A DNA stretch of 64,000 bases from an uncultured virus (IMG/VR IMGVR_UViG_3300021197_001384) (IMGVR_UViG_3300021197_001384), one strand, 5' to 3'; positions 8,345-18,996 are shown, counted from the first letter of the stretch. A program made the numbers and translations. Notes: generated by a model from the sequence alone, not told the origin.

Positions 8345-8607
8345 AACGCTCCCCCCTTCGCCGCATCAGCAAGAAGCAACAGGAACGACTACGCACCTAC
8401 TACCCCCTCCGCAAGCAATACCTCAAAGACCAGCCCACCTGCGACCTGTGCGACAACGCCGCCACCGACATTCATCACACTAAGAAACCAAGAGCCACCT
8501 ACCTAAACGCCGTAGAGACATGGATGGGACTGTGCCGCATTTGCCATTCGCGAATAGAGAACGACAAGGCATGGGCCAGAGAGAACGGCTACCTGGAAAA
8601 CATATAA
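8341..8607 (+). CDS. HNH-like zinc-binding nuclease
   Basis: CDLC..ATDIHH..LCRICH. Confidence 0.75.
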   Translation: MKRSPLRRISKKQQERLRTYYPLRKQYLKDQPTCDLCDNAATDIHHTKKPRATYLNAVETWMGLCRICHSRIENDKAWARENGYLENI

Positions 8608-8608
8608 C

Positions 8609-8803
8609 ATGACACAAGAAAGCATCGCACAACTAAAGAATGTTCAGGAATATCTGATTGAGGATATGTATTCCTGCTACTGCGACGTCATCAACGGCGA
8701 GCCACAGGCGGAAGTGGACCTGTTCCAATCCCTGCAACGCCTCAAGACATTTGCAGACGCCGTGCAAGGACTGGAGGCCGTAGATGGATTGCAATACACC
8801 TGA
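8609..8803 (+). CDS. hypothetical protein
   Basis: ORF in tightly packed operon. Confidence 0.5.
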   Translation: MTQESIAQLKNVQEYLIEDMYSCYCDVINGEPQAEVDLFQSLQRLKTFADAVQGLEAVDGLQYT

Positions 8804-9065
8804 GCCTCCCCCGCCTAAGTGCTACCAACGACAGGGCGGCAATGGATACGAATACATTTGCGAGTCCTATGGTAGCTCCAGAGACTCAGACGAGGAATAC
8901 ATCATTGACCTACACCCCGATCATTTCGGATGCTCCTGTAAGCACGACTATTACAAATTGCGGGAAAAATACACGAATGGGGTTGACACTTCCAACATCT
9001 GCAAGCATACAGCCTTGGCAATGCAGCAGTTCTACGTAGACCACATCATTAACAGAAATAAATAG
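8784..9065 (+). CDS. SWIM zinc-finger protein
   Basis: CSC..CKH motif; same family as 56974-57246. Confidence 0.7.
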   Translation: MDCNTPEPPPPKCYQRQGGNGYEYICESYGSSRDSDEEYIIDLHPDHFGCSCKHDYYKLREKYTNGVDTSNICKHTALAMQQFYVDHIINRNK

Positions 9066-9066
9066 A

Positions 9067-9801
9067 ATGACAATGACAGACGAACAAATTGCGGGGAAAA
9101 TGCCCGCTGGGTATTACCGAGTGGATGATGGCAAATACCGGAAAGGCGATCTGATGATGGGCGTTTCGTTTCCAAAGGACATTTTTGAGCCTTGTGAACT
9201 ATTTGGCCTTGTTGGCAGTTACATTCATTTCTGTGACGTAGTAGCTCGTCCCATGAAGGGCTACAAGCCAGAACCCACCACCGTCAAGGAATGGCTAGAA
9301 ACACTCCCTGACGGCTATCGCGAACGTGCGATCAGTCAGGGTGATAAAAATTGGCTGAATGATGGGTGCGGGGATCTTTGGAACGCCATTCATCATTTCA
9401 AAGAATGGGACATCACAGATGAGGGTATCGATTTCTGGAAGCAGATGTCTGAATGGTCTATCGATTGCGATGGCCTGCCCCCGCTACCGGAACAAGAACC
9501 GCTGAACCCCGCAAGCGACACGTCGCCCCCCCTGTTCCCCACGGGCGCAGAAGCCCGCAAGGAATACCCCGTAGGCACGTTCATTCGTGACTATTTCCCC
9601 CACGCTATTGCGGCCCTAGCCCACCACAGCTACAAGGCGCAGCAACAGCATGGACCAGCCACCAATGAAGCCCCTATGGAATGGCTGAAGGAGAAGAGTG
9701 TGGGCGATGGCAATCAAATGACGCGCCATTTCATGGAGGGCGACAACGTAGCTACGGCTTGGCGAGCATTAGAAATCCTTGAACGGGAGCTGACGAAATG
9801 A
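9067..9801 (+). CDS. protein with C-terminal dATP/dGTP diphosphohydrolase-like (DUF5664-like) domain
   Basis: RKEYPV..DYFPHAIAALAHHS..QQH..W..EKS..RH..AWRAL pattern recalled from this family. Confidence 0.5.
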   Translation: MTMTDEQIAGKMPAGYYRVDDGKYRKGDLMMGVSFPKDIFEPCELFGLVGSYIHFCDVVARPMKGYKPEPTTVKEWLETLPDGYRERAISQGDKNWLNDGCGDLWNAIHHFKEWDITDEGIDFWKQMSEWSIDCDGLPPLPEQEPLNPASDTSPPLFPTGAEARKEYPVGTFIRDYFPHAIAALAHHSYKAQQQHGPATNEAPMEWLKEKSVGDGNQMTRHFMEGDNVATAWRALEILERELTK

Positions 9802-9983
9802 AAATCACTATTGAATCAACCAAGCGGCACACGGCTTTCAGTAGAACCGCCTCTGTTTCTACTGACCACGACGACGTATTAGCAGAGGATCTAGTTTTGC
9901 TTCTCCGACAAGTTTGCCTTGGTTATGGGTATGAACCCTTCACCGTAAACGGAATGTTCTTTGATGAAACCGACAACGAGTAA
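9798..9983 (+). CDS. hypothetical protein
   Basis: ATGA-coupled ORF. Confidence 0.5.
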   Translation: MKITIESTKRHTAFSRTASVSTDHDDVLAEDLVLLLRQVCLGYGYEPFTVNGMFFDETDNE

Positions 9984-10122
9984 TACATTCTCCGTAGCAA
10001 CGGCCATCCTCCTACTTCTGTCCCTCGTTCTCATAATGGTGCAGCGTTCCGAAGAGGGGCTATTTCTGCTTGGGGGTGGCATTCTGTGTGCTGCGTTTGC
10101 GGCCATCACCCAACACCAATGA
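9964..10122 (+). CDS. small two-TM membrane protein (52 aa, not in ORF track)
   Basis: MKPTTSNTFSVATAILLLLSLVLIMV..GLFLLGGGILCAAFAAI; fills the gap, ATGA-coupled to next ORF. Confidence 0.5.
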   Translation: MKPTTSNTFSVATAILLLLSLVLIMVQRSEEGLFLLGGGILCAAFAAITQHQ

Positions 10123-10325
10123 CACATAACGTTCCACGAACATACGAAGCCCTTGAGCAACTGGCTAAGACCAAGAGCACGCAAGGCATGAGGATTCGTA
10201 TGTTTGAAGAAGGGGAATACTGGCACTGGCAATGGTGCATAAACGGCATTCCTGGCATTATTGATTCTGGCAGCGTAAATGCGCCCAAGCCTATAGCCTT
10301 TGCTATGGCTGTGCGCTTCATCTAA
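10119..10325 (+). CDS. hypothetical protein
   Basis: ATGA-coupled ORF. Confidence 0.5.
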   Translation: MTHNVPRTYEALEQLAKTKSTQGMRIRMFEEGEYWHWQWCINGIPGIIDSGSVNAPKPIAFAMAVRFI

Positions 10326-10337
10326 ACAACAAGCAAT

Positions 10338-11114
10338 ATGAACAGATTATTCGCAGACATTGAAACCAGCCCCAACATTGGATTGTTCTGGAGGTCGGGA
10401 TACAAGCAGAACATCTCCTACGACAACATCATCCAAGAGCGAGGCATCATTTGCATTGGCTACAAATGGGAGAACGCCAAGCGTCCCGAATGTCTTACAT
10501 GGGACGAGAACCAAGACGACCGTGAGATGCTGGAAAAGTTCACTAACATCTTGGCTGAAGCCGACGAGGTGGTGTTCCACAACGGGGACCGCTTTGATCT
10601 TCCTTGGATTAGGTCTCGCGCCCTCATGCACGAGATTCCTGCATGGCCTGAGCCCAAGAGCCTTGACACCCTTCAGTGGGCTCGCCGTCGCTTCTATTTC
10701 AACTCCAACCGCCTCGACTATCTGGGAGAAATCCTAACGGGGACAGGCAAGCTGAAAACGGAATACGGAATGTGGAAAGACATCCTCCTTAAGCAGTGCC
10801 CAAGTGCTATGGCAAAGATGGTGCGGTATTGCAAGCGCGACGTTGTGAAGCTCCAAGAAGTTTATGAACGCCTCGCCGCATACTCTCCCGCAAAAACCCA
10901 CGCTTCCGTCCTCAACGGTGGAGAAAAGTGGATGAGCCCACACGTTGCCGGATCAACGGACGTTTACCACAACAAGGCTTATGTCACGGCGGCTGGCACG
11001 CCCAAGCACTATATGCGCTGCAACGTCTCCAACCGCAGCTACACCATCTCTGACACCGCATACAAGCACTACTGCGAGTGGCGGCGGGACAACCCCAGAA
11101 AGGATGGGAGATGA
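10338..11114 (+). CDS. DEDD/RNase H-like 3'-5' exonuclease
   Basis: FADIETSP (ExoI), HNGDRFDLP (ExoII), YCKRDV (ExoIII). Confidence 0.85.
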   Translation: MNRLFADIETSPNIGLFWRSGYKQNISYDNIIQERGIICIGYKWENAKRPECLTWDENQDDREMLEKFTNILAEADEVVFHNGDRFDLPWIRSRALMHEIPAWPEPKSLDTLQWARRRFYFNSNRLDYLGEILTGTGKLKTEYGMWKDILLKQCPSAMAKMVRYCKRDVVKLQEVYERLAAYSPAKTHASVLNGGEKWMSPHVAGSTDVYHNKAYVTAAGTPKHYMRCNVSNRSYTISDTAYKHYCEWRRDNPRKDGR

Positions 11115-11656
11115 GAGATAAGAACTACAAATCATACGAAGAAGTGGAGAAAGAATCTATATACGTTGGTCCTCTACAACCCCACGCAGACGGATGGGTG
11201 AACTGGAGCGACACCATGAAAACCTTCAAGTGTAACGACACAGTTTTCCATGGGGCCATAATTAACGGTGGCGAGGAGGACGTGCTGGATGTGGGCACAC
11301 ACACCAATAACTGCGTCTTCCAGGACTTTGACGTGTTTGGGGATACTTCCCGCTACATCATCACCCTCAAGAGCCACAGCGAAGGGAACGTGTTTGAACG
11401 CTGGCGTGTCCATGAGCACGCTATGCGCTGCGATATTCAGCAGGGCAATTGGAGTGATTCAGACAACGGCACCAACCGCCGCAATCTCTACCGCGAATGG
11501 GTGAGTGAGGAAGGAAAGCCCTTCACCTATTCCTATCGCTTCTTCAGTGGCAGCAAGCCCAAGTTCGAGGACATGGAGGTGAAGCACCTCTGGTGGCTCT
11601 CTGCGGCCATTACAGCCTACTTCTGGGGCAAGTGGGTGTGGGTTAAGGTGTTTTAG
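11111..11656 (+). CDS. short beta-helix-like protein with hydrophobic C-terminus
   Basis: Periodic NCVF/GNVF motifs, GGEEDVLDV, Trp-rich tail. Confidence 0.45.
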   Translation: MRDKNYKSYEEVEKESIYVGPLQPHADGWVNWSDTMKTFKCNDTVFHGAIINGGEEDVLDVGTHTNNCVFQDFDVFGDTSRYIITLKSHSEGNVFERWRVHEHAMRCDIQQGNWSDSDNGTNRRNLYREWVSEEGKPFTYSYRFFSGSKPKFEDMEVKHLWWLSAAITAYFWGKWVWVKVF

Positions 11657-11681
11657 TATAACAAGACGCACACCCTTGTTG

Positions 11682-14600
11682 CTACTGCGCTACTAAATAT
11701 GCCTTCACCTGCTCGTAAACAAGCGGCGTTAGCAGCCTCTTGCCCTTCAGCTCGTTAATGTAAGCCTGCTGCTCTTGCTCGGTGCCAAGCTTAGCAAGAT
11801 GCTGGCTAATATACTTAGCTCGCGTTCCGTCATTGGCGTCAAGAGCACCAATAAGCCGGTCGATTTCATTAACGCCAAGCGCAAGGTCACGCATCTGAGA
11901 CTTAACTCTATTCGCAACGCTACTTGCAATTTTTGGTTGCTCACGGGCAATCTTTGAAATGGCAGACCCACGCCGGAATGCTGGCAGATTCATAACCTCG
12001 TCAGCGAGCAATTCTGCCGACCTGTCTTTTTCAACAGGTGGCAACAGGTAGGTATCCGTAATTGCACCAAGGATCGTCTGCGAGTCTATGCGTCCGTCTT
12101 TTAGCGTAAGCGCAATCTCTTCGTCGGTGAGGCCAAGCGTCCTAGAGTCATTAACGATTTTCTTTACCTTGTCAAAAACGTTCCTGTGTAGCTGAACGTA
12201 TTGCTGATATGCTTCCTGTTTTCCTGCATCGTCGAGCGCGCGCCTTCTGTCGGACGCATAAGAAATTCTGTCATCCGACATTGTTTTGCTTAAACCAAAG
12301 GCATCAGTCTTAAGCCTAGAATAGGGGTCAAAGGTCTTTTTTCTGATTCCAGCAAAGTTTTCAGCAATCAGATCGTTCATTGTGTAAACCTGACCTCCCG
12401 AAGTTTCGACCTTAAAGTCTTTTGACTTAAGCGTCTTGAAGAACTTATTAGTTTCCCTAACAACAAGTGGGTTCAGGGTGTTATCCAAAAAGTAACTAGA
12501 CTTGTCTATAAACTGTTTGTAAATTGGCGCGTTTTCGCTGGTGATTGGAGTGCCATACCTAGTCTTTCCTGACACCACCTCGGACACAGGGGCCAACAAG
12601 AGATTAGCACCAAACAATTGCTTGCCTAATGACACAGACAAAGCAGAAAATGCTTCTTCTGGCGTTGCTTGACGGGCCGCAAGGGATGCGGCTTCAATAA
12701 CGGTGGCATGGGGAAAAGTGTAGTTGAGATTGATATACGAGTAAGTCCCGTCGTCATTCTTGCTAATATCAACAAGGCTATCTCGGTCCCAGCTAGGCAT
12801 ACGATTTCTTACTGCTTGTTGTTCCTCGTCACTCATCCCAAAATTAGAGCCAACGTATCCCACACCGCCTAAAATGGTAGACATAGAAGCAATGCGGCTA
12901 GCCCCCCGCTTTCTAAGAACGGCATTGCCACTAGCCATTTCCTGAAGACCTAATTTGTAAGTATTAAACACAACACGGAATCGGTCGGCTGTGTAAGAAA
13001 CAAACGGATCAAGAAATCCAACGGATGAAAAGTTTCTTATAAATTTTGGCAGCGAATCGTAATCCTGGGTGGTAAGCCTTACTTTTTCGGCGGCTCTTTT
13101 CATCAAGCTTTCCATTTTTTCATTAGGAAACGCCTTCTTAAGTGCAGCTAGTTCGCCATAAAAATTAAATACTTTAGCGGCTGTTTCTGGGGCGGAGTAA
13201 AGCTTGCCTACCGTTTCAATGCTACCCTTGAGTTTTTGTTTTGCTTTAGTGGGTAGCTTATTAAGCAAGCTTTTGTCGGACTCAAGTAGACCCCGCTTAA
13301 AGTCGTTAAACTGCACGTTTCCACGAACCAATCCCTCACGTTTAAAAAACTTAAACAAGTCAAGCGTTTCTTTTGTTCTTAACGTTCCATCTGGTTTTCC
13401 AATTCCCAGGTTAAGAAAGAAATTATTGCGAGCCGTAGTGTAGTTCTTTCCTCGCAACAGCTCCAGTCCGTGCCCTTGTCCAATTGTGTCCATTGCACCA
13501 CCCCACACGTTGGACGCCCAACCTTTTAATGAACCAAGGGTTTTAGGCAATTTTGCAGCAGAAGAAACTGAAGCAATAAGCCCAAAGTTCTTCAAAATTG
13601 GATCAAGGTCTGTTGTGGTGTAAGCATTAAATGCTTCACGAATTTCCGGCGTGGTGTATAAACCAGCAAGCGGATTAAGCAGTTTGTCTTCAGACTGAAC
13701 AACTAAAACATCACCAAGTTCTGAATTGTTTCTAAATAAACGATTAGCAATTCCAATATCACGAACCTCTTGCATAACCTTAAACTTGGCCTCGGATGCA
13801 GTCATTTTTCCAAGGGTTTCAGAAGCAAGGTAAACAGGGTCGTGAATTTCGCCAAGTAGTTGCCTTGTAAGCAAATCTATATCTTTCTTCCGTCGGTAAA
13901 CACCGCTCCTTGCGTTAAGCCTACCGGTTGTCGCAAACTGCATTGCGCCCTCGCGATCAACTAATTGATTAGCAATGTCAGTATATTCTTGCCGAAACTT
14001 ATTAGCACGACTTAACACATCCTTCCTTACTTCAGTAAGAGGCTTAATTAAGCTCCAGGATTCGTTTGGCTTTATCTTGCGCTCTTTGTCTTTAATGCCC
14101 ATATTTTGTAGCACTTGGACGCGATGCATGCGTGCTCTAATTGCTCTTTGGGTAAGCTTCTCAATACGATCTGCTACATTGCCTTCAACCCATCGCTCCA
14201 TTGTTGGAGTATCTGGACGCCACCCGTTAAATACTTTATACGAGCGATTAAGGTATGACCCAAGATTATCAACCATAGCATTTTCAAGGGCATCTTTGCC
14301 GTCAACAAGGCCAAGTTGAATGCTTCTTTCCGTTGCATCGTCAATTACTTTTCTAACAAGTCTTGCCGAGGGTGCTACCAACTCTGGAACATTTGCCAAA
14401 TTTGTCTGGCCGCGAAGATACTGAACAGTCAAGTCTGCTGCCTCTTCACGCTGAGCCTTATCTTTAATTGATCGCAATGCCTTGTCCATGTCCCTTAAGG
14501 CAAACTCGCCATCAACAGCAAGCTGGCTTTTCTCGCCTTCAATCTTTCTAAGCGTCGGAACGAGTGTCTTAATCGCGCCATATTCTTTAATGCCCGAAAT

Positions 14601-15197
14601 CGCTTTTGATCCATACTTGGACACTGCCGTTTCTACGCCGCCAAGTGCTCCACCAGTTAACGTTCCAAACGCAAGGGCAGTAGTAAATTCTTCTGCTGTT
14701 GGTGCGCGGCCTTCGTCAATTAAAGTCTTGCCTAGTTCTGAACCAGCAGAAATACCAGCACCCTGGATAGATCTTTTGGCTATGGTTTTACCAAGCGTTG
14801 CCCCGCCCTTAACTGCTTTGCCCCCAGGTATTGCGCTTAGTCCAGTAGCAACGGCAAGTTCACCAAAGGAAAAGTCCTCACGTTCTCCACGGGCAATTTG
14901 CCCTTTTTGCACAGCAATATTGGCAGCAGCACCACCAATAGCACCACCAACAGGTATAGACGCTCCAAACGTAAACGGTGCAAGCGGAGCACCGGCAAGC
15001 TGACCAGCAATAGCACCGCCAACCTCAATGCCCGTATCGGCAGCCATACGGCCAATAGACGGGCCTTGCTCCTGTGGCTGACCTTGTTCTTCTGCTATCG
15101 CCTCTTTGTAAGCAGCGGCGACGGTTTCAAAATCAGGAGTGCCTTTTTTGTCCCTATTAGCAACAATCCACTCTGCGTATGCATTGGCATTTGCCAT
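11682..15197 (-). CDS. large internal virion (ejection) protein, phage A
   Basis: 1171 aa, Gly/Ala-rich hydrophobic N-terminal region, last gene of the virion operon. Confidence 0.7.
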   Translation of the reverse strand: MANANAYAEWIVANRDKKGTPDFETVAAAYKEAIAEEQGQPQEQGPSIGRMAADTGIEVGGAIAGQLAGAPLAPFTFGASIPVGGAIGGAAANIAVQKGQIARGEREDFSFGELAVATGLSAIPGGKAVKGGATLGKTIAKRSIQGAGISAGSELGKTLIDEGRAPTAEEFTTALAFGTLTGGALGGVETAVSKYGSKAISGIKEYGAIKTLVPTLRKIEGEKSQLAVDGEFALRDMDKALRSIKDKAQREEAADLTVQYLRGQTNLANVPELVAPSARLVRKVIDDATERSIQLGLVDGKDALENAMVDNLGSYLNRSYKVFNGWRPDTPTMERWVEGNVADRIEKLTQRAIRARMHRVQVLQNMGIKDKERKIKPNESWSLIKPLTEVRKDVLSRANKFRQEYTDIANQLVDREGAMQFATTGRLNARSGVYRRKKDIDLLTRQLLGEIHDPVYLASETLGKMTASEAKFKVMQEVRDIGIANRLFRNNSELGDVLVVQSEDKLLNPLAGLYTTPEIREAFNAYTTTDLDPILKNFGLIASVSSAAKLPKTLGSLKGWASNVWGGAMDTIGQGHGLELLRGKNYTTARNNFFLNLGIGKPDGTLRTKETLDLFKFFKREGLVRGNVQFNDFKRGLLESDKSLLNKLPTKAKQKLKGSIETVGKLYSAPETAAKVFNFYGELAALKKAFPNEKMESLMKRAAEKVRLTTQDYDSLPKFIRNFSSVGFLDPFVSYTADRFRVVFNTYKLGLQEMASGNAVLRKRGASRIASMSTILGGVGYVGSNFGMSDEEQQAVRNRMPSWDRDSLVDISKNDDGTYSYINLNYTFPHATVIEAASLAARQATPEEAFSALSVSLGKQLFGANLLLAPVSEVVSGKTRYGTPITSENAPIYKQFIDKSSYFLDNTLNPLVVRETNKFFKTLKSKDFKVETSGGQVYTMNDLIAENFAGIRKKTFDPYSRLKTDAFGLSKTMSDDRISYASDRRRALDDAGKQEAYQQYVQLHRNVFDKVKKIVNDSRTLGLTDEEIALTLKDGRIDSQTILGAITDTYLLPPVEKDRSAELLADEVMNLPAFRRGSAISKIAREQPKIASSVANRVKSQMRDLALGVNEIDRLIGALDANDGTRAKYISQHLAKLGTEQEQQAYINELKGKRLLTPLVYEQVKAYLVAQ

Positions 15198-15205
15198 AGT
15201 GTTGT

Positions 15206-16831
15206 TTATTGAATTCCAAGAATAGCATCAGCAGCCTGCCTCATTCCACCAGGAGAACCCGGGGCAACAGAATTAGATGCTGATAATTCCGAAAGTGAAG
15301 AAACAGCATCGGCAAGGGATATTACCATTCCAGTAACTTGATTGGTGTTGCCAAAACTAAGATGTAGTTTTTGCAACTCTTCAAACGCTTGAGGGTGGAG
15401 ATTTTTTAGCTGCTCTAAACCTATTTTAGATGCGTTAATTAAAAGATCATTGTAAAACAATTCTCTGTTCTGTTTTTGTTGGGCAACAGACAATGGTTTA
15501 TCTTGATCACTTCTAATCAAAAAGCTTTGATTATTAGCTGTAACAAGTTGATTGCCGCCACCAAGGTCTGTAATTACAGGAGCCGTATCAAACACTTGTT
15601 TCATTTTAAAATAAACGCCAGGGTCAATAGGAGCAATTTGGCTGTAAGCCTTAACAAAAGCCGCAATCTTTTCGCCGTCAGTAGCCTTGCGCGGAACCTC
15701 CTTAAGGACAGTCTTCATTTGAAGCCATTGATTCTTATCAACGGGATCTAGGTTAACTTCCTCGGCAAAGCTAATAGAGCGATCAATTACTTCAGATGCT
15801 TGTTCTTCGAAGCTAGGTTGCTCTTCTGGTTTATTTACAAAATTAGCAGCGGACTGACGAGCATTTTCAAGCTCAATTAGTTTCTCTTTTAGCGGTGCCT
15901 GTTGCCTCTCAATCTCATCCAGACGCTGATTATAAGTTTCAACAGTATCCCCTCCTAATTCTTGGTAACCTACTATGGGTTGAAAAGCTCTCGTCATTCC
16001 AGTTACGGTTTCTTCTTTCTCCGTTTTAAGCGAAGAATTAATACGTGCTTTTTCCTGCTCTAATTCTTGGAATGTTTTCGCAGTCTCCTGTGCATCCACT
16101 TGTAGCTTCCTTGTTGGGACAAGCTTCCCCGTTTGCGGATTAAGAGAAAAATAAGGTGCAATATTATCCGGAACGGGTTGAACTGTTTTTGGCTCTGCTT
16201 CAGAAATAGAAACCTGTGGCGCAACTTCTCCTTTTGGCATAAGTCCCTCAACAGGTTGATCGGGTGCTGACAAAAATGGCGAAAGTCTGCCTTCCGGCAT
16301 AAGCCCCTCAACCGATTGTTCAGGTGTTGATTGGAGTGGCGAAATATTATTAAAGGACTCTATGTTTCCAGCGACAAACTCAGGAACCGTAGCCTCCTGC
16401 ATTTTAATTGTTTCTGTAACCATATCAGGAACAGCATTAATACCTTCCTGAAATGCAGCAAAACCTTGAGCCTGCCTAGCAAATTCAAGCGCAGCGGGTG
16501 CTCCAAATATTTTTACTTGTTTTTTTACAGCCGCCGAAACATCTTCATCTGTTGCATTTTCAGGAATGCCAAATTGCGAACGAGCAACAGAATTACTCAA
16601 TAGTGGAGTAATAATATCTGTAGCTTCTTGTAGGGCAATTTTTTCCTGTTTATTTTTCATAAACTTTTGCACACCAACACCAATACCAGCCAGCGCATTC
16701 TGCACTCCCGCAGCCATAGCAGCTCCGCCCTGAGCCTGCATTTGGGCACCGGAAAGCGCACCACGAAGGTAGTTAGAATAGTCTGTTGCGCCAAGTTCTG
16801 CTCGAACGCCTGATCCAAATCCGTAAGCCAT
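15206..16831 (-). CDS. internal virion protein
   Basis: 541 aa with G/A/Q-rich N-terminus; position after nozzle genes. Confidence 0.6.
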   Translation of the reverse strand: MAYGFGSGVRAELGATDYSNYLRGALSGAQMQAQGGAAMAAGVQNALAGIGVGVQKFMKNKQEKIALQEATDIITPLLSNSVARSQFGIPENATDEDVSAAVKKQVKIFGAPAALEFARQAQGFAAFQEGINAVPDMVTETIKMQEATVPEFVAGNIESFNNISPLQSTPEQSVEGLMPEGRLSPFLSAPDQPVEGLMPKGEVAPQVSISEAEPKTVQPVPDNIAPYFSLNPQTGKLVPTRKLQVDAQETAKTFQELEQEKARINSSLKTEKEETVTGMTRAFQPIVGYQELGGDTVETYNQRLDEIERQQAPLKEKLIELENARQSAANFVNKPEEQPSFEEQASEVIDRSISFAEEVNLDPVDKNQWLQMKTVLKEVPRKATDGEKIAAFVKAYSQIAPIDPGVYFKMKQVFDTAPVITDLGGGNQLVTANNQSFLIRSDQDKPLSVAQQKQNRELFYNDLLINASKIGLEQLKNLHPQAFEELQKLHLSFGNTNQVTGMVISLADAVSSLSELSASNSVAPGSPGGMRQAADAILGIQ

Positions 16832-18660
16832 TAGATAAAAGTGGGGTTAGGGGTAAACTTGCGCTCAACAATACTTGTCATCCATTTGCGGATAACTCGT
16901 TTAATAAGCGGCTTGTCCGATATAAACTTAGCAAACTTTTCTCCATGTTTAATATAAAGATTAAAAAACCACTTAGGTGAGTCATTGTCTAGCCACTGAC
17001 GGAACAAAACCCACATTGGGTTTTCATTGCCAAAGACCTCGCGAGCCACCCAGCACCTAGAAGCAAATCCGCCACCAAGAGCACCAAGACCACTTGCTAG
17101 TCCTCCAATCATAGCACCTCTAGCTTGAGCTTGAGCACCAGCAAATCCAGCCTGTGCGCCGTAAATGCTGCTTTGATAATTTGCCAAGTTAGCCTGATTC
17201 TGGAGACCAAGGTTAATGCCTGCGTTAGGATCAAACAGATTGGGCCCAAGCTGTTGACCAGCCAACCCAGCCGCAAACTGTGAGGACGCCATGCCCATGC
17301 CTGGGGCTTGCGAGGGACGTCCCAAGATAGCTTGAAACGGGTCAGAAGACGTAGATTGACGCGCCCCCACCAGTCCCAAGGCATAGGCTCGATCAGCCTG
17401 CTCCCGAGACTGTTGAAGCCGCCCAAGATTTAGCATGCTTTCAAGGTTCATACCGCGACCACTCATTTCTGCCTGCTGGTTAGCAAGCGCAGTTTGTTGT
17501 CGCATAGCAGCATTAGACTGAGCCGCACTTAAATCTTGACCGTAAATATTGCCAGCCGTATTAAAACGCTGTTGACCCATGCCAAATCCTTGACCCAAAA
17601 GTTGAGCCCCTGTTCCAGCACGTTGTTGGCCCATGCCAAACTCTTGACCCAAAAGCCGAGAACCCGTTCCGACACGGTCTTGTCCCATACCAAATTTTTG
17701 GCCAAGAAGATTTGCCCCCGTACCAACGCGCTGTTGGCCCATGCCAAATCCTTGATTAAGAAGTCGTGAACCAATGTCTACATTTTGACGCTCAACGTTC
17801 ATTTCTTCGGCAAGACGCGCTGCCGTTTCGTTTGCAATTCCGCTTTGGTCTCCTACGCGCCCACGGGCTTGAGAAGCTACGCGTGACTGTTGAATAACAT
17901 TGCGAAGTTGGGTTGGTGAAAGGTCTCCGCCGCGAGAAAGAAAATCAAGGCCAGCTTGAGTAAGTTGCTGTTCACCGGCACCTTCTTGGAATTGACCCAT
18001 AGCAGCCTTACCAAGCTGCGCTTCTGCTTCAGTAGTTTCAAACTGCTCTGCGCCAGCTTTGGCTAGCTGCATTTCTCTATCAGTAGTTTTAAACTGATCC
18101 ATGCCAGCTTGACGAAGTTGTGCTTCTGCTTCTGTACCACGAAGCTGATCTAGCCCAACCTTTTGCAAGCCACTACTAAGTTTTGACCGTGCAATTTGGT
18201 TTGCCTCTGCCTCTGGAACGCCTTGTGACACAAGATCCCGAACACTTTTATCTACAGACGTTTCGCTGTCGCGCAGAGATTCTGCGGCAAGTAAGGATTC
18301 TTGAAGCTGCGGGTTGGCATCAAGAAAAGCAACAGAAGCTTTCCGGCCTAACCGCTGAACGTCTTCAATATCCGCTAAACGTTGTGCACTAGCTGCTTCT
18401 CTTGCAATGCCTTGCGCCGATTCGCTTGCAATCCTGTTAAGGTCAAGTAATCCGGACTGGTTTTCGGTGCCTTGCAGAACCGTATTAATGTCCGCAAGTT
18501 CTAACTCCGTATATTCGGGACGATAAGTTTGCTCGGCTCGCAGGAGTTGGTTTTGCAACCGAGGGTCGGCCATTGCCCTAATAAAATCTATTGACGACTG
18601 GCCAGGATCAACTGGACGCGGGGCCGGTGGCGCGGCAGGCATTGTTACTCTAGAACCCAT
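16831..18660 (-). CDS. internal virion/pilot protein with internal repeats and C-terminal CWVAREVFG domain
   Basis: Q/G/A-rich, FGMGQQR-type repeats, GAMIGGLASGLGALGGG segment. Confidence 0.65.
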   Translation of the reverse strand: MGSRVTMPAAPPAPRPVDPGQSSIDFIRAMADPRLQNQLLRAEQTYRPEYTELELADINTVLQGTENQSGLLDLNRIASESAQGIAREAASAQRLADIEDVQRLGRKASVAFLDANPQLQESLLAAESLRDSETSVDKSVRDLVSQGVPEAEANQIARSKLSSGLQKVGLDQLRGTEAEAQLRQAGMDQFKTTDREMQLAKAGAEQFETTEAEAQLGKAAMGQFQEGAGEQQLTQAGLDFLSRGGDLSPTQLRNVIQQSRVASQARGRVGDQSGIANETAARLAEEMNVERQNVDIGSRLLNQGFGMGQQRVGTGANLLGQKFGMGQDRVGTGSRLLGQEFGMGQQRAGTGAQLLGQGFGMGQQRFNTAGNIYGQDLSAAQSNAAMRQQTALANQQAEMSGRGMNLESMLNLGRLQQSREQADRAYALGLVGARQSTSSDPFQAILGRPSQAPGMGMASSQFAAGLAGQQLGPNLFDPNAGINLGLQNQANLANYQSSIYGAQAGFAGAQAQARGAMIGGLASGLGALGGGFASRCWVAREVFGNENPMWVLFRQWLDNDSPKWFFNLYIKHGEKFAKFISDKPLIKRVIRKWMTSIVERKFTPNPTFI

Positions 18661-18663
18661 AAC

Positions 18664-18996
18664 TTAATAATTGTTAATGACTGTTTTTACTTTGTTAAAA
18701 TTGTAAAATCGTGGTGATGGTTTGCCTTTTAACTCTCGTGCCCAGCCAATTTTGGGAAGAGGAAACGGAATATGGGAGTACAACGTAGCCAAGCCAAGGG
18801 GGCCAACAACCAACTCAACCCACCAAGCATCGGCTTCTTCAAGACCAGTCCATCTTTTGTAATCAGATTGGACGCAGGGTCGGGCCAATGCAAGAACGGT
18901 TGGTTCTGAATAACAATACCCATGCTCCAAATAAAGCCCATGAACTTTAGGGAAATCAGGGCCATAACATTCGATTGCTTTGGCTATAGCGGACAT
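18664..18996 (-). CDS. small virion-module protein, possibly acetyltransferase-like
   Basis: Position near nozzle; resembles 43770-44126. Confidence 0.5.
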   Translation of the reverse strand: MSAIAKAIECYGPDFPKVHGLYLEHGYCYSEPTVLALARPCVQSDYKRWTGLEEADAWWVELVVGPLGLATLYSHIPFPLPKIGWARELKGKPSPRFYNFNKVKTVINNY

